Source: TPA_inf: Saccharomyces (taxonomy: Eukaryota). Taken from it: 64,000 nt of DNA. A program made the position numbers and the translations under genes. The notes under the pieces were generated by a model. It worked only from the letters and a program-made list of their open reading frames with translations, had not been told where the DNA came from and searched no databases. Positions 36,087 through 47,213 of this stretch are shown here, one piece after another (position 1 is the stretch's first letter; every line of letters begins with the position of its first letter). The stretch spans positions 1,120,001 through 1,184,000 of the forward strand of contig BK006938.2 in the NCBI GenBank assembly GCA_000146045.2, given 5' to 3'.

Positions 36087-39000
36087 CTATTTATACTTTT
36101 TTTTTTTCAGTTCTAGTATATTTTGTATTTTCCTCCTTTTCATTCTTTCAGTTGCCAATAAGTTACAGGGGATCTCGAAAGATGGTGGGGATTTTTCCTT
36201 GAAAGACGACTTTTTGCCATCTAATTTTTCCTTGTTGCCTCTGAAAATTATCCAGCAGAAGCAAATGTAAAAGATGAACCTCAGAAGAACACGCAGGGGC
36301 CCGAAATTGTTCCTACGAGAAGTAGTGGGTCATAAAAAGTTTATTCCCTGGAAAAAAAATTTTGCGTTGCCTTTCTGGAGAATTTTTTCGAATTAGCGTG
36401 CTGCCACTGCATGCATTTCTGAGAAGTGTGGGCATTCTTCCACCAGTTGTTCCTCCTAAAAAAAAAAAAGATTTCCTACCCCGCACAAATTCCTGCATAC
36501 CCCTCATTTCCACGGGGTAAAAAAAAAACATCCCGTAGCAGCCTCTGACGGAGCCGTATGGAACAATCCTGGATAAATATGGCGGAAAAACGGCTCTGGC
36601 TGCGGCTTTGTTTAAGGCAGAAACTAGATGAGATGTTTGTTGTTACGGAAAAAAAAATTTGTTGCGCTTTCTGTAGTGGGATTTGTCCTCATAACTTCTC
36701 CATGAAGGGGCCATTAAAATCTAGCCCTCTAGTAAAGCGTTATGGGAGCACTCTTGCGGCGTTCAACGGTGCTGCTTTTTCACTTTTACAGTATGATATG
36801 TCTTTCACATTGGGTTTTAGCTATAATTAGATAAAAATATTTTAAGTTGCTTTTGAAGTGTTTAGTAGGGCGTGTTTAGCAGGGCATGCTTAACAACCCC
36901 AAATGATCTTAGCGATGAGAGTACTATTTTCTAGGGTTGTTTTGTGCAGCCTGTTAATGTAGACATCAAGAAATTAAATGCGATCTTAATTCATTCGGAA
37001 TTTCTTTTCACCGTGTGAATGAAATTTTTCGAGATGCTAAGTATAATAAAAATAAAAAAATAAAATCGCTTTTCTTCTAGAGAATTTTTCCGTGAGAAAG
37101 TAAAAACACATAATACTAGCTTAATAAACTTTTCTTTCCACCACCCATAGGATACGCTAACAATTTTTGCTGTCAACTGCTTGCCATTTTGTTTTCTTCC
37201 GACTACTATCACTTAGGGCTATTGGCAGTATATGCGTAATTTTATCAATTACCATACTTGTCAAACATAGATCAGGAAAAATATTAACGTTCCTGTCAAT
37301 CTAAGACTTGAAGATTACAGGACTTTTTTTTTTCTTACTGTATTTTTCCGTAGAGTGCACCATTCGGCAGATGGATCGCGGGGAAATTGAGAGTTTATGC
37401 AAAAAAATCCGAAGGTGGAATTAAATGGGTCCCGCTTTGGAAAGCCCCGGATTTAATCCCCCATTAAGGCAAATTACTCCTCATCCTAGGTGGAGAAAAG
37501 AACCGGAAAAAAATGCAGTACCTTTTTTGTTCCCATTTCTTTTCCAAGTAAACAGGCGGAGAATCAAGCTGCTGCAGTTAGTTCTCAGAGTTCACTTAAC
37601 GTTCTCCTGTAATAAACATAAGGAACAACCATCACCCCACACTTTTATCTCTTCCTCACTAACATTGTGTTAGCTTGCATGTTCTTTGAGACTAATGACC
37701 GATTGTTTGATCTCTTCTTCCGATTATTGCTGGTCCGATCCCTTGAGCATCGAAAACCAAACGACTGTTTAAGATCTGTAATTGATTAAGACCCATTGGC
37801 GATTACTCACTCATCGGCAAAAAAAAATGGTCTGAACATGCGTTGAAAATTTTGCTCCCATGAGATTTTTTGTCTCATGTAGTAATTATTTTATTTCTTG
37901 AGCAATCTGAGCTTCAACAAGACAGAAAACGAATATGGCAACTGTTATTTCGTTATATAGTGTTGCTGGTGACCGAACACAAAAATGATCTTAGAATTGT
38001 AACTCAGGGAGCATACGAACAAAAGATTATTAGCATTTCGTACTTTCTAAAAGTTGAAGAAGTTGGCATTTGTTGATTTTATCATATCCTTAATAAAAAG
38101 TTGACGTCAGCATACAATTTGAAAATAGCAATATCGAATGCCTATTCCTCCTTTCGTTGTTTGAGTTTACCTAATATATCGATGCATTTTTGCAAAAGTG
38201 TGGTATTGAGCACGCGGTACTAGAAGGAAAAATCTCTTCTTTTTACTACGTGTCCTGCATTTCTATCATGGTGAAGATAATCATTATTTTATGTCAAAAA
38301 TTACTAGTTAGCTGTCAGAATTTTTTGTTTAAACATTGTTGAATTCCTGTCGCAGGTTAAAGAAATCGAAAAATAGCCAATGAAGTAGACAGAATCATTT
38401 GACCAGTTAGGTAAATTACTGTGTCAAATAATTCAACAACGCGTTTCTACGTGGTGGGCAGAAGTCCCTGGAATACTTTAGTGATGGTACACTTTTCGAC
38501 ATTAGAATTGTCTCTGAATTGTCACCCCGCTAATAAGTTATTTGTATGGACGCCAATAAAACCATACAAACGCGGCTTTCTGGTACTGCGTTTAATCTTG
38601 CATGAACTTTTCCGTCCATTGGGGCGAATATTCACTGTGCGATGTATACTACCTTTTTAGCTACTGAAGCCACTCTTAAAGCATGATTTTTTTCCTTCCT
38701 GCCATCTAAAGGTTACTTACGGCAACCTTTCCATAAATTGTTGCTGAAATAACATATAATAGTACCAAATGGGCCTATCAATAAGTTTACAGCCTACAAG
38801 ATTTTCTTCCACTAAAATATATTCGAATAGGACTTTGGCCAAAAACTGTTCATTAAGGGGCAGACTGTTCATGTTTTCTCGCAAATTACCTTTTTAACAA
38901 GGTGAAATTATTTTTTTTGGGGAATGCTAACTGTTTATCATCTGCCAGGAAAGAAAACTTAGATCCTCTTTACCAATCGCCGCCAGTAGTACATCATTTC

Positions 39001-39522
39001 TTATTAAATAAAAACATTTTCATATCATTAACCCTTTTTCAAACATATATGGGATGTAGTTTGCCAAGGATGATCATAAAGGCCTAATATGATCCCCATT
39101 TTCTTTTTATTACCAAAAATTCAGGTTTATTGACAAGCCTTCTCTACTCTGTCGCAATGCCAGTTTAACATTGAGGAGTTTAGTAGCTTCATTGTAATGA
39201 GGTGACTCTATTTAATTTCAGGTAGAAAAGCGCAGTACCGAGGTGAGCCCTGCATATGTACACTGATTGTGAAAAGCTCCGGCTCATAATTAATTTTTTT
39301 GATGAATTATAGAGTACTTTGTTTATAATAGAAGACTTTTTTTTTCCTCCTAAGGTAGCTTATGCGAGAAAGAGCGCCTACTTCGCTTCTAGCGCTACAA
39401 AACAATAACTTTGAAGGGTAAAGCTGTTAACTTTTCTTCAAAGCTTAGAAAAGAAAAAAAATTAATAAAAAATTATACTTCTATTGGCAACATCTTGCCA
39501 TACAATATAAATCGTAAGGGTT

Positions 39523-41419
39523 CATTAAAAATATAAAATCAGAATTAGAGTGCATTTCAAATGCACAAATTAGAGCGTGATCATGAATTAATAAAAATGT
39601 TCGCAAATTATTTGGTGCTGAACATTCTCTTGTACAATGGCTTATCATCGTGAGCCATTTCTTCAGCGTCGTAGTTGGCACCTCTTCTAGATGGTGGAAC
39701 CCATGAGGCAGACTTCCATGGTAGAACACCTTCTTCCCACATGGTGTTGACTTCTTCCAAAGTCAAACCCTTAGTTTCTGGAACAACTAACAAAACATAG
39801 AAGAACATGAAGACCAAACAGCCCATGAAAACGTAACCGTAGTAGAAGTTAATAGCACCAGTAATAAATGGAGTGAAGAAACCAATCAAGAAACCCCACA
39901 ACCAATTAGCAGCTGTAGCAATAGACATAGCCTTAGACTTGACTCTCAATGGGAAAGTTTCAGAAACAACGACATAAGGAATTGGAGCCCATGTAGTAGC
40001 AAAACAGAAAATATAGAAACAGGCAAAGACAATCATACAGTTACCAGCACCCTTGGAAGATGGTTGGTCTTGACCATTTGGCCATAATCTGGTGACACCC
40101 ACGGAAGCATAGACAACCATACAAGCAGTCATGGATGCAGCACCCCATAGCAAACAAGTACGACGACCATATCTCTCAACAACGTAAATACCAACAAAGG
40201 TGGAAGCAAAGTTAACAATACCCAAGACAATAGAGGTTTCGAAAGAGTCACTCAAACCAACAGCCTTGAAAATAGTAGTACCATAGTAGAAGAAATAGTT
40301 ATCACCTGTCAATTGTTGTAGAGATTGAATCATAGCACCCATGATCAAACGCTGAAGGACCTTTGTCTTGCTACTAAACAATTCACCCCAGGATGCATTA
40401 CCAGCTAATTTCTCTGCCTCTACACCAGCCAAGACAGCTTCGACTTCAGCCAAAACAGATGGATCATCAACAGCAACCTTGTTAGAAACGGCAATAGAAC
40501 GTTTGGCTTCTTCGATCTTACCGACTTCAGCCAAATAACGTGGAGACTCTGGAACAAATGTCATACCACCAATCATAAACAAAGCCCAGGCAAAACACAA
40601 ACCTAATGGAACTCTCCATTGCACAGAGTTGGAGTAGTTCTTAGTACCGAAGTTGGTACAGTAACCCAAGAAAATACCGGCAGTAATCATCAATTGGTAG
40701 CAAGAGACTAAAGTACCCCTTAAATGCTTTGGGGATACTTCAGAAATCAACATAGGAGATAAAACGGCAATACCACCAACACCCAAACCGGAAATAATTC
40801 TACCGATGAAATATTGGTACCATTTGTTGATAGATGCAATTTGAATAATAATACCGATGATGTAGATGACAACAACGACAATCAAACCCACCTTACGACC
40901 GTACATATCACCCAATTTGGAAAGAATAATACCACCAATGGCACAACCAATGTTGAAAATGGAGACAATCAAACCAGTTCTAACCTTAGACAAATAATTA
41001 GTACCATCTTTATGCTTCATACCAAATCTTCTGATGAAATCGGTTTGATTGATGAAACCAGAAATGGTACCAGTATCCCAACCGAAAACGAAACCACCAA
41101 AGGCGATCATGATACACATAATAGAGACAGTGACATAGGCAGAAGCTGGTCTCTTTGGAATTTCAACGACAGGTTCGTGCTCTTCACCTTCACCATAAGC
41201 TTTTATTTCATCTCTTTCAGCCTTGTTTGATGGTGTAGATAAAACCGAGTGGGAGGCTGAGTCAACAGCAGAGAGATGCTCCACAGGAGTTTGCTCTGCA
41301 ATAGCAGCGTCTTGTGACATTTTTTGATTAAAATTAAAAAAACTTTTTGTTTTTGTGTTTATTCTTTGTTCTTAGAAAAGACAAGTTGAGCTTGTTTGTT
41401 CTTGTTTTTTTATTATTAA
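39523..41419. repeat. Tandem duplication unit 2 (HXT6 copy).
   Basis: See unit 1. The 3'-flank identity starts at CATTAAAAATATAAAAT and the 5'-flank identity ends at ...GAGCTTGTTTGTTCTTG. Confidence 0.85.
39608..41320 (-). CDS. HXT6: Hxt6, a high-affinity hexose transporter. Length 570 aa.
   Basis: Second tandem copy. Its protein is identical to the upstream copy except for at least residue 556 (A versus T, ...EEMAHDD...), with a few silent changes near the 3' end. Confidence 0.9.
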   Translation of the reverse strand: MSQDAAIAEQTPVEHLSAVDSASHSVLSTPSNKAERDEIKAYGEGEEHEPVVEIPKRPASAYVTVSIMCIMIAFGGFVFGWDTGTISGFINQTDFIRRFGMKHKDGTNYLSKVRTGLIVSIFNIGCAIGGIILSKLGDMYGRKVGLIVVVVIYIIGIIIQIASINKWYQYFIGRIISGLGVGGIAVLSPMLISEVSPKHLRGTLVSCYQLMITAGIFLGYCTNFGTKNYSNSVQWRVPLGLCFAWALFMIGGMTFVPESPRYLAEVGKIEEAKRSIAVSNKVAVDDPSVLAEVEAVLAGVEAEKLAGNASWGELFSSKTKVLQRLIMGAMIQSLQQLTGDNYFFYYGTTIFKAVGLSDSFETSIVLGIVNFASTFVGIYVVERYGRRTCLLWGAASMTACMVVYASVGVTRLWPNGQDQPSSKGAGNCMIVFACFYIFCFATTWAPIPYVVVSETFPLRVKSKAMSIATAANWLWGFLIGFFTPFITGAINFYYGYVFMGCLVFMFFYVLLVVPETKGLTLEEVNTMWEEGVLPWKSASWVPPSRRGANYDAEEMAHDDKPLYKRMFSTK

Positions 41420-41479
41420 AACAGAAAAATTGGAAAAAAGAAGAAGATAGTTACAAACCATATGTCTTTTCTCGAGCTC

Positions 41480-41487
41480 TTTTTATA
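41480..41487 (-). promoter_or_regulatory. Candidate TATA box (TATAAAAA on the minus strand), about 165 bp upstream of the HXT6 ATG.
   Basis: Plus strand has CTTTTTATAT. It lies outside the duplicated unit, so HXT6 and HXT7 use different promoters. Confidence 0.3.
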
Positions 41488-42956
41488 TGTTTCTGTGCTT
41501 TCTATATTGTATACCCATTTGCTCTCCATTGTCTGCAAGCCAAAATCTGCATACAGATCCGAGACATCTCTTGGATTTTTTTCAATGAAGGCACGGAGGG
41601 CATCTGAATAATCTCAATGAGTAAGAAACGAAATTTTTTAAGGAACATTTTCAATTTGCCTACGGACTATTCTCTGCAAAGTTCCAATAATTTCTCCTTT
41701 TTTTCCAGCGTTTAAAGGAAAAAAACTGGTTTTCGATGCCGGGGCCCCACAATGTACCTGCACTTTTTGTGGGGTAAACGTGGATAAAACGAATCTCCGT
41801 TGCCTAAAAAACATTTTTTTTCGTACGGTCCCCTCTGCGTTCAGGAAAAAAAGAGATCGGGTGGTGAGGCTAGGTAGCGTAGCCCCTTGGAGAAGCATAT
41901 GAAACATTTGTCTTGGCGCCGCACACAGGAACTGCGCACTTCTTTTTGTCCTAGGTTGCTTATCACACCATATGGTGCACCCGTGCTCGTTGTCACTGCC
42001 TTTTTTTAACAATTCTTCCTTTGTTCCTCTGAAAGCACGGGCCGGCGCACTCCAATTACCCCTACATTAATTTCCAAGTAGTAGCAGGGGGATGAACATG
42101 TGAACATGTTGCAACAACTGCGGTGTCTTCTTAGGCTTGTGTTCGGAATTTCTTCCTCCTGTTTCGGTGTGTGTTGCTTATTTTTTCCTTGCCCCTTTGC
42201 GGCATCACAGCAGCCGTTGTTCCGTATTCCGGCTGATAAGCATGGAAAGATTTTCCAACAATACTCATGAAAAAATGTGTTGGTGTCTGAGTAAGCTAAA
42301 TTTTCCCAAATTTGATGCCATTCAACCCGAAAACTTAAAATGTAAAAGGGGTTGAGATAGTGCAGCTGTGTGGCAAAAGTCAAAAAAAATCTGTTCCTTT
42401 CAAGGAAATGAAAAAAGGAAGGAAAAAATGTCCAGGACAGAAAGGCCATCCCCTTAGTAAAGAAACCTGCTTAGAGATTCTTGAGGCTCGAAAATGGTTG
42501 GTGGTTGGACTTCTTTTGAGTTTTCCGTCCGGATTTCAAACGAAATCCATCATCACGTTCCTAGCAACAAGAGGATTATTGGACGATTGTCGGGAGTAAA
42601 GATTACTCAGTTGGTTTTCTAACTCTACTGCGCACTTCTTCGTGGGTATAACAAATTGCACACACATACATTCTTATTATTTGATACTGCTTACGATAAC
42701 CGGAGACTTCTTTTTTTTCCTGTTCGGCTCTCGCCGATGGTATGAAGTTAAATGGTAGAAAAATTGTTTGTTTTGTTTACAAACTGGATCAAGAAATGTT
42801 AAAATTCTGTTTGATATCATGTACCAATGTCTTTTATTAACTGTATCAGAGAATTATATATATAAAGTCATAAATCTTGTGTATTATTTATCATTATTGA
42901 CTAGCACATCGAATCTTAAAATACACTATTATTCAGCACTACGGTTTAGCGTGAAA

Positions 42957-44660
42957 TTATTTCTTGCCGAACATTTTCTTGTAGAATGGCTGGTCATCAT
43001 GCATCAATGCATCAGCATCGTAGTTAGCACCTCTTTGAGATGTTGGAACCCATGAAGCAGACTTCCATGGTAGAACACCTTCAGCGTACATATCATTGAC
43101 TTCTTCCAAAGTCAAACCCTTAGTTTCTGGCACAAAGAAGAAAACGTAGAAGTAGGCGAAAACCATACAGCCCATGAAAACGTAACCGTAGTAGAAGTTA
43201 ATAGCACCAGTAATAAATGGAGTGAAGAAACCAATCAAGAAACCCCACAACCAATTAGCAGCTGTAGCAATAGACATAGCCTTAGACTTGACTCTCAATG
43301 GGAAAGTTTCAGAAATAACAACATAAGCAATTGGAGCCCAAGTGGTAGCAAAACAGAAAATATAGAAACAGGCAAAGACAATCATACAGTTACCAGCACC
43401 CTTGGATGAACCATTACCTTCACCATTTGGCCATAGTCTGGTGACACCAACAGAAGCGTAAACTACATAACAGCAGACCATACCAATGGCACCATATAAC
43501 AAACAGTTACGACGTCCAAAACGATCGACAGTGTACAAAGAACAACAAGTAGAGAAGAAGTTGACGACACCGAAAACAATAGAAGTTTCGAAAGAATCAC
43601 TCATACCAACAGCGTTAAAAACGGTAGTACCATAGTAGAAGAAATAGTTATCACCAGTCAATTGTTGTAGAGATTGGATCATGATACCCATCATAGTACG
43701 CTTAAACATGGCCGGCTTACCAGTGAACAACTCACCCCATGATGCTGAACCAGCAGCTCTAGCTTCTTCAACACTAGCTTCAATAACTTCCAACTCTTGT
43801 TGAATGAATGGATGGTCTGGGGCAACCTTGTTAACTTTGGAAAGAGATGCTCTTGCTTCGTCAATTTGACCAGCTTCAACCAAATAACGTGGGGATTCTG
43901 GAACGAAAGTCATACCACCGATCATAAACAAAGCCCAGGCAAAACACAAACCTAATGGAACTCTCCATTGCACAGAGTTGGAGTAGTTCTTAGTACCGAA
44001 GTTGGTACAGTAACCCAAGAAAATACCCAAGGTAATCATCAGTTGGTAACAGGAGACTAAAGTACCTCTCATTTCCTTAGGAGCGACTTCAGAAATCAAC
44101 ATAGGAGATAAAACGGCAATACCACCAACACCCAAACCGGAAATAATTCTACCGATGAAATATTGGTACCATTTGTTGATGGATGCAATTTGAATAATAA
44201 TACCGATGATGTAGATAACAACAACGACAATCAAACCCATTTTACGACCGTACATATCACCCAATTTAGCCAAAATAATACCACCAATGGCACAACCAAT
44301 GTTGAAAATGGAGACAATTAAACCAGTTCTAACCTTAGACAAATAATAACTACCATCTTTATGCTTCATACCGAATCTTCTCAAGAAATCAGTTTGGGCG
44401 ACGAAACCAGAAATGGTACCAGTATCCCAACCGAAAACGAAACCACCGAAGGCAACCATAACACAACAGATAGACACAGTGACATATGCACCTTTACCTG
44501 TATTTGGGTTGGTAAGTACTTGGTCGGCCTCAGCTTGGAAATCATCTTGAACACCTTTTTCTTCAGGCATGTTCATTACCTGAGAGCTATTCGAAGGCAG
44601 GTCAGCATTCGAATTCTCACTTGACTTTTGTGGAGATATTAAATCTGGAGTTGAATTCAT
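42957..44660 (-). CDS. HXT3: Hxt3, a low-affinity hexose transporter. Length 567 aa.
   Basis: 567 aa ([36 protein letters not shown]...). Sugar-porter TM core with long segments identical to HXT6/7 at the nucleotide level. Confidence 0.9.
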   Translation of the reverse strand: MNSTPDLISPQKSSENSNADLPSNSSQVMNMPEEKGVQDDFQAEADQVLTNPNTGKGAYVTVSICCVMVAFGGFVFGWDTGTISGFVAQTDFLRRFGMKHKDGSYYLSKVRTGLIVSIFNIGCAIGGIILAKLGDMYGRKMGLIVVVVIYIIGIIIQIASINKWYQYFIGRIISGLGVGGIAVLSPMLISEVAPKEMRGTLVSCYQLMITLGIFLGYCTNFGTKNYSNSVQWRVPLGLCFAWALFMIGGMTFVPESPRYLVEAGQIDEARASLSKVNKVAPDHPFIQQELEVIEASVEEARAAGSASWGELFTGKPAMFKRTMMGIMIQSLQQLTGDNYFFYYGTTVFNAVGMSDSFETSIVFGVVNFFSTCCSLYTVDRFGRRNCLLYGAIGMVCCYVVYASVGVTRLWPNGEGNGSSKGAGNCMIVFACFYIFCFATTWAPIAYVVISETFPLRVKSKAMSIATAANWLWGFLIGFFTPFITGAINFYYGYVFMGCMVFAYFYVFFFVPETKGLTLEEVNDMYAEGVLPWKSASWVPTSQRGANYDADALMHDDQPFYKKMFGKK

Positions 44661-44764
44661 GATTGTTTAACTCAGATGTAAATTTTGTTTGTGATTCTAT
44701 TATTTATGAAAAGCTATTAAGTAAAATTATGGAATATTCATGCTGAAGATAAAACAGCGCCTGT

Positions 44765-44772
44765 ATTTATAT
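44765..44772 (-). promoter_or_regulatory. Candidate TATA box (TATAAATA on the minus strand), about 105 bp upstream of the HXT3 ATG.
   Basis: Plus strand has CTGTATTTATATGC. Confidence 0.3.
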
Positions 44773-44972
44773 GCAACCCCCAAGCGAAAAAAAACTTTGA
44801 CTTTTCTTCTCTTCTGGAGAAATTCTCTGGGGATATAGTCCCCAGATTTTTTGAGTGGGCCCCCAATGTCCCACATCGTTATTGAGTTGTTTCTTTCTCC
44901 AGAAGGTCGTTGTACAGTCATTATAATGGCGGTCAGTATAATGACCTCCGGAAATACCAACATCGGGGAAAG

Positions 44973-45198
44973 CGGAAAATCTGGAAAAATTCTCCACGAA
45001 GCTTTCTCTGTGATAATCCGCGACCGAGAGTTTAACCGAATCCGCGGAACGAGATATTCCGTGTTTATTGCGGTATTATATGAGCCGGACGAATCCGGAA
45101 AAACTACGTGACAGGAACGATGACCGGGCAGCAGGCGAAGCTGGAAGAATATAGCTAAGAAAATGCGCACGGAAAAAAAACACTCCCGAATTTCTCCG
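44973..45198. promoter_or_regulatory. Cluster of at least seven Rgt1-type CGGANNA motifs on both strands, 310-540 bp upstream of HXT3.
   Basis: Motifs: CGGAAAA at 44973, CGGATTA (minus) at 45014-45020, CGGAATA (minus) at 45054-45060, CGGACGA at 45087, CGGAAAA at 45096, CGGAAAA at 45170 and CGGAGAA (minus) at 45192-45198. For a 5-fixed-position motif this is roughly 16-fold above the random expectation. Confidence 0.6.
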
Positions 45199-47213
45199 TG
45201 AAAAGAGCCTACTAGGGGATAATAGTAGGTATCCGTTAATATTACCGAACTATTGAAAACCTACCAAATGCAAGAAGATGCAAACGAGCTAGAATGTTCC
45301 GCGAATAGCTCATCTTACAATTTTTTTCTTTTTTCAAGAAAAAGAAAGTATTTTTTTTTCCTTTCATTTCATTGCTCCTCCTCCAGGTGTTATCTCGAGA
45401 AGATGAAGGCTGTCTGCGATGACGAATAGGAAAGAAAAAATTTTCCTTAATTTTGCTTGCTTAATTCTTATACGAATAATTCTTCTTAATCAACATCGGG
45501 CTTCATATTTACCAACACGCATTATTGATTAACAATACTTGCCTTAGGTTGAAATTGGACGCCGGAAGAGAATTTATAGCTAGTCAGTGTTCTTCGGCGT
45601 AATTTTATTAATGGACATACAGTGTACTTTTCAAACTACACCGCCATTTGATATACCGGTGTAATTTTTGATGAAGTGTCAGAATTAGCCGCACAGTTAA
45701 TTGAACACTTCGCTGTAAGGTGTGGATACAGATTAGATAAGAGCATTAGGCACCACATTTCTTCAGGCTTTTCCTGATGCTGGTTTGGATATTGCCTTCA
45801 TCCCGCACCAAAGCTGGCGTCCCGCATGAGGAAAATGAAGAGTTGTAAGCAGCACTAAATTCCGAAATTAAAGGGCGGGCGGATGCCACCAGTAAAATAT
45901 TCTTGATCAATCTTTGATATTTTCAAATGATCTCCCATTGTAATCTGAGAACTGCTCTTGTTTGGCTACGTAAGGCAGTATGAGGGTTGTAGTTAGTAGT
46001 AACCCTGTCTAAGATTCCCGGTGCTATGTACTTCTCTCACAATAATACAAGTAGTGAATGTCACTTAATAAATTTTTGTAATAAAAAGTCTACAAAGTTT
46101 GTTTGTGACTTGTCGAAATTCAATTCTGTTGCTTTCATTTTTCTGTAGAGAAGAAATAATATTCCGACAAAATGTAAATAAATATGCTAAAGTGGGTTAC
46201 GACAAATTTCTTGAGAGCCATTGATTTTTGCTATAGAGGCATGAAAGCATACTGCACACACATCCAATACTTAACTTTGGCAAATGAGGAGCCTAATTAC
46301 AGAGATAACTTCAAACTACATAAAGAACCAAGATACTAGTTAATGGAACGCCTAGACGATCATGCTTAACTGAACGAAAAGTAACTAATGAAATACAAGT
46401 CTCTTTTCGCCGAAATTTGAATTTAACAAGTCTAGTATACCCATTGTTAGTGCATTTCTCCGTGTTTTGAGACGCTTTTTTTACATGCTTCTAAATAAAG
46501 GCATCATCCATGCTCGGCAGCCGTAGAAAATCATTAGCCCCTAACTTCCAAAAATAGACTGCGCGCTACGTGAGACGCTTACTTCAGCTGTAGTATCCTA
46601 ACGTGAAGGTTTTTTTAATTTACCCCATAAGGATCGCGTCAATAGGATCGTTTCCATTTTCCGACTTTGCAGATTAGATGGATCCCTAAAACGAAGTGCA
46701 TAGTTGCGGTATTTTGTATTTGAGCCATTTAAAATAGTCTGGAAGGTTTTCTTTTTGATTAAATACATTTGGTGTTTCATTAAACCTGGAACAATACATA
46801 TGATCACTTCATCCCGATAAATACCAAGCCCCAGGAACGTACTTACTCCTACCAGCACCTGTATTATAACCTTTTCTGAGAGTTCTTTTGTTTTGCTTGC
46901 AAGGGTATATTTCGCAGATATCCACGAAAACTTTATTCATTTGCTCAGGCTATATTACATTATATATATATATGTATGGATACATAAGAAAAATGAGATG
47001 AATAAAAACGACAACTATTTATTATGGCAACATTGTTTACTGTGGCTATTTCTCGCATCACTCTTATTTTGAACAATAGTATCGATTATGTGACGCAACA
47101 ATTAAAAAGGGGTATAACGATAACTTGCTATAATTATTAAAATTTGCAATATTAGATTTGTGTAGTATTAAATCACAGATAGGAAAAAGCATACGAGACC
47201 TTCCCACTTTTGC

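Noticed and set aside
36420-36540. Assigning the specific GC boxes in the HXT7 upstream region as bona fide Mig1 sites.
   Set aside because: CCCCGC/GCGGGG and CGGGG cores are present with adjacent A/T runs. The exact SYGGGG-plus-AT-rich-flank consensus is only partially met, so I list them as candidates within a finding rather than as discrete features.
41638-42449. 124-aa and 147-aa minus-strand ORFs between HXT6 and HXT3 (YDR344C-like).
   Set aside because: They are GC-rich, motif-laden promoter sequence. The composition is Cys/His/Phe-rich with no domain features. They are better explained as HXT6 upstream regulatory DNA.
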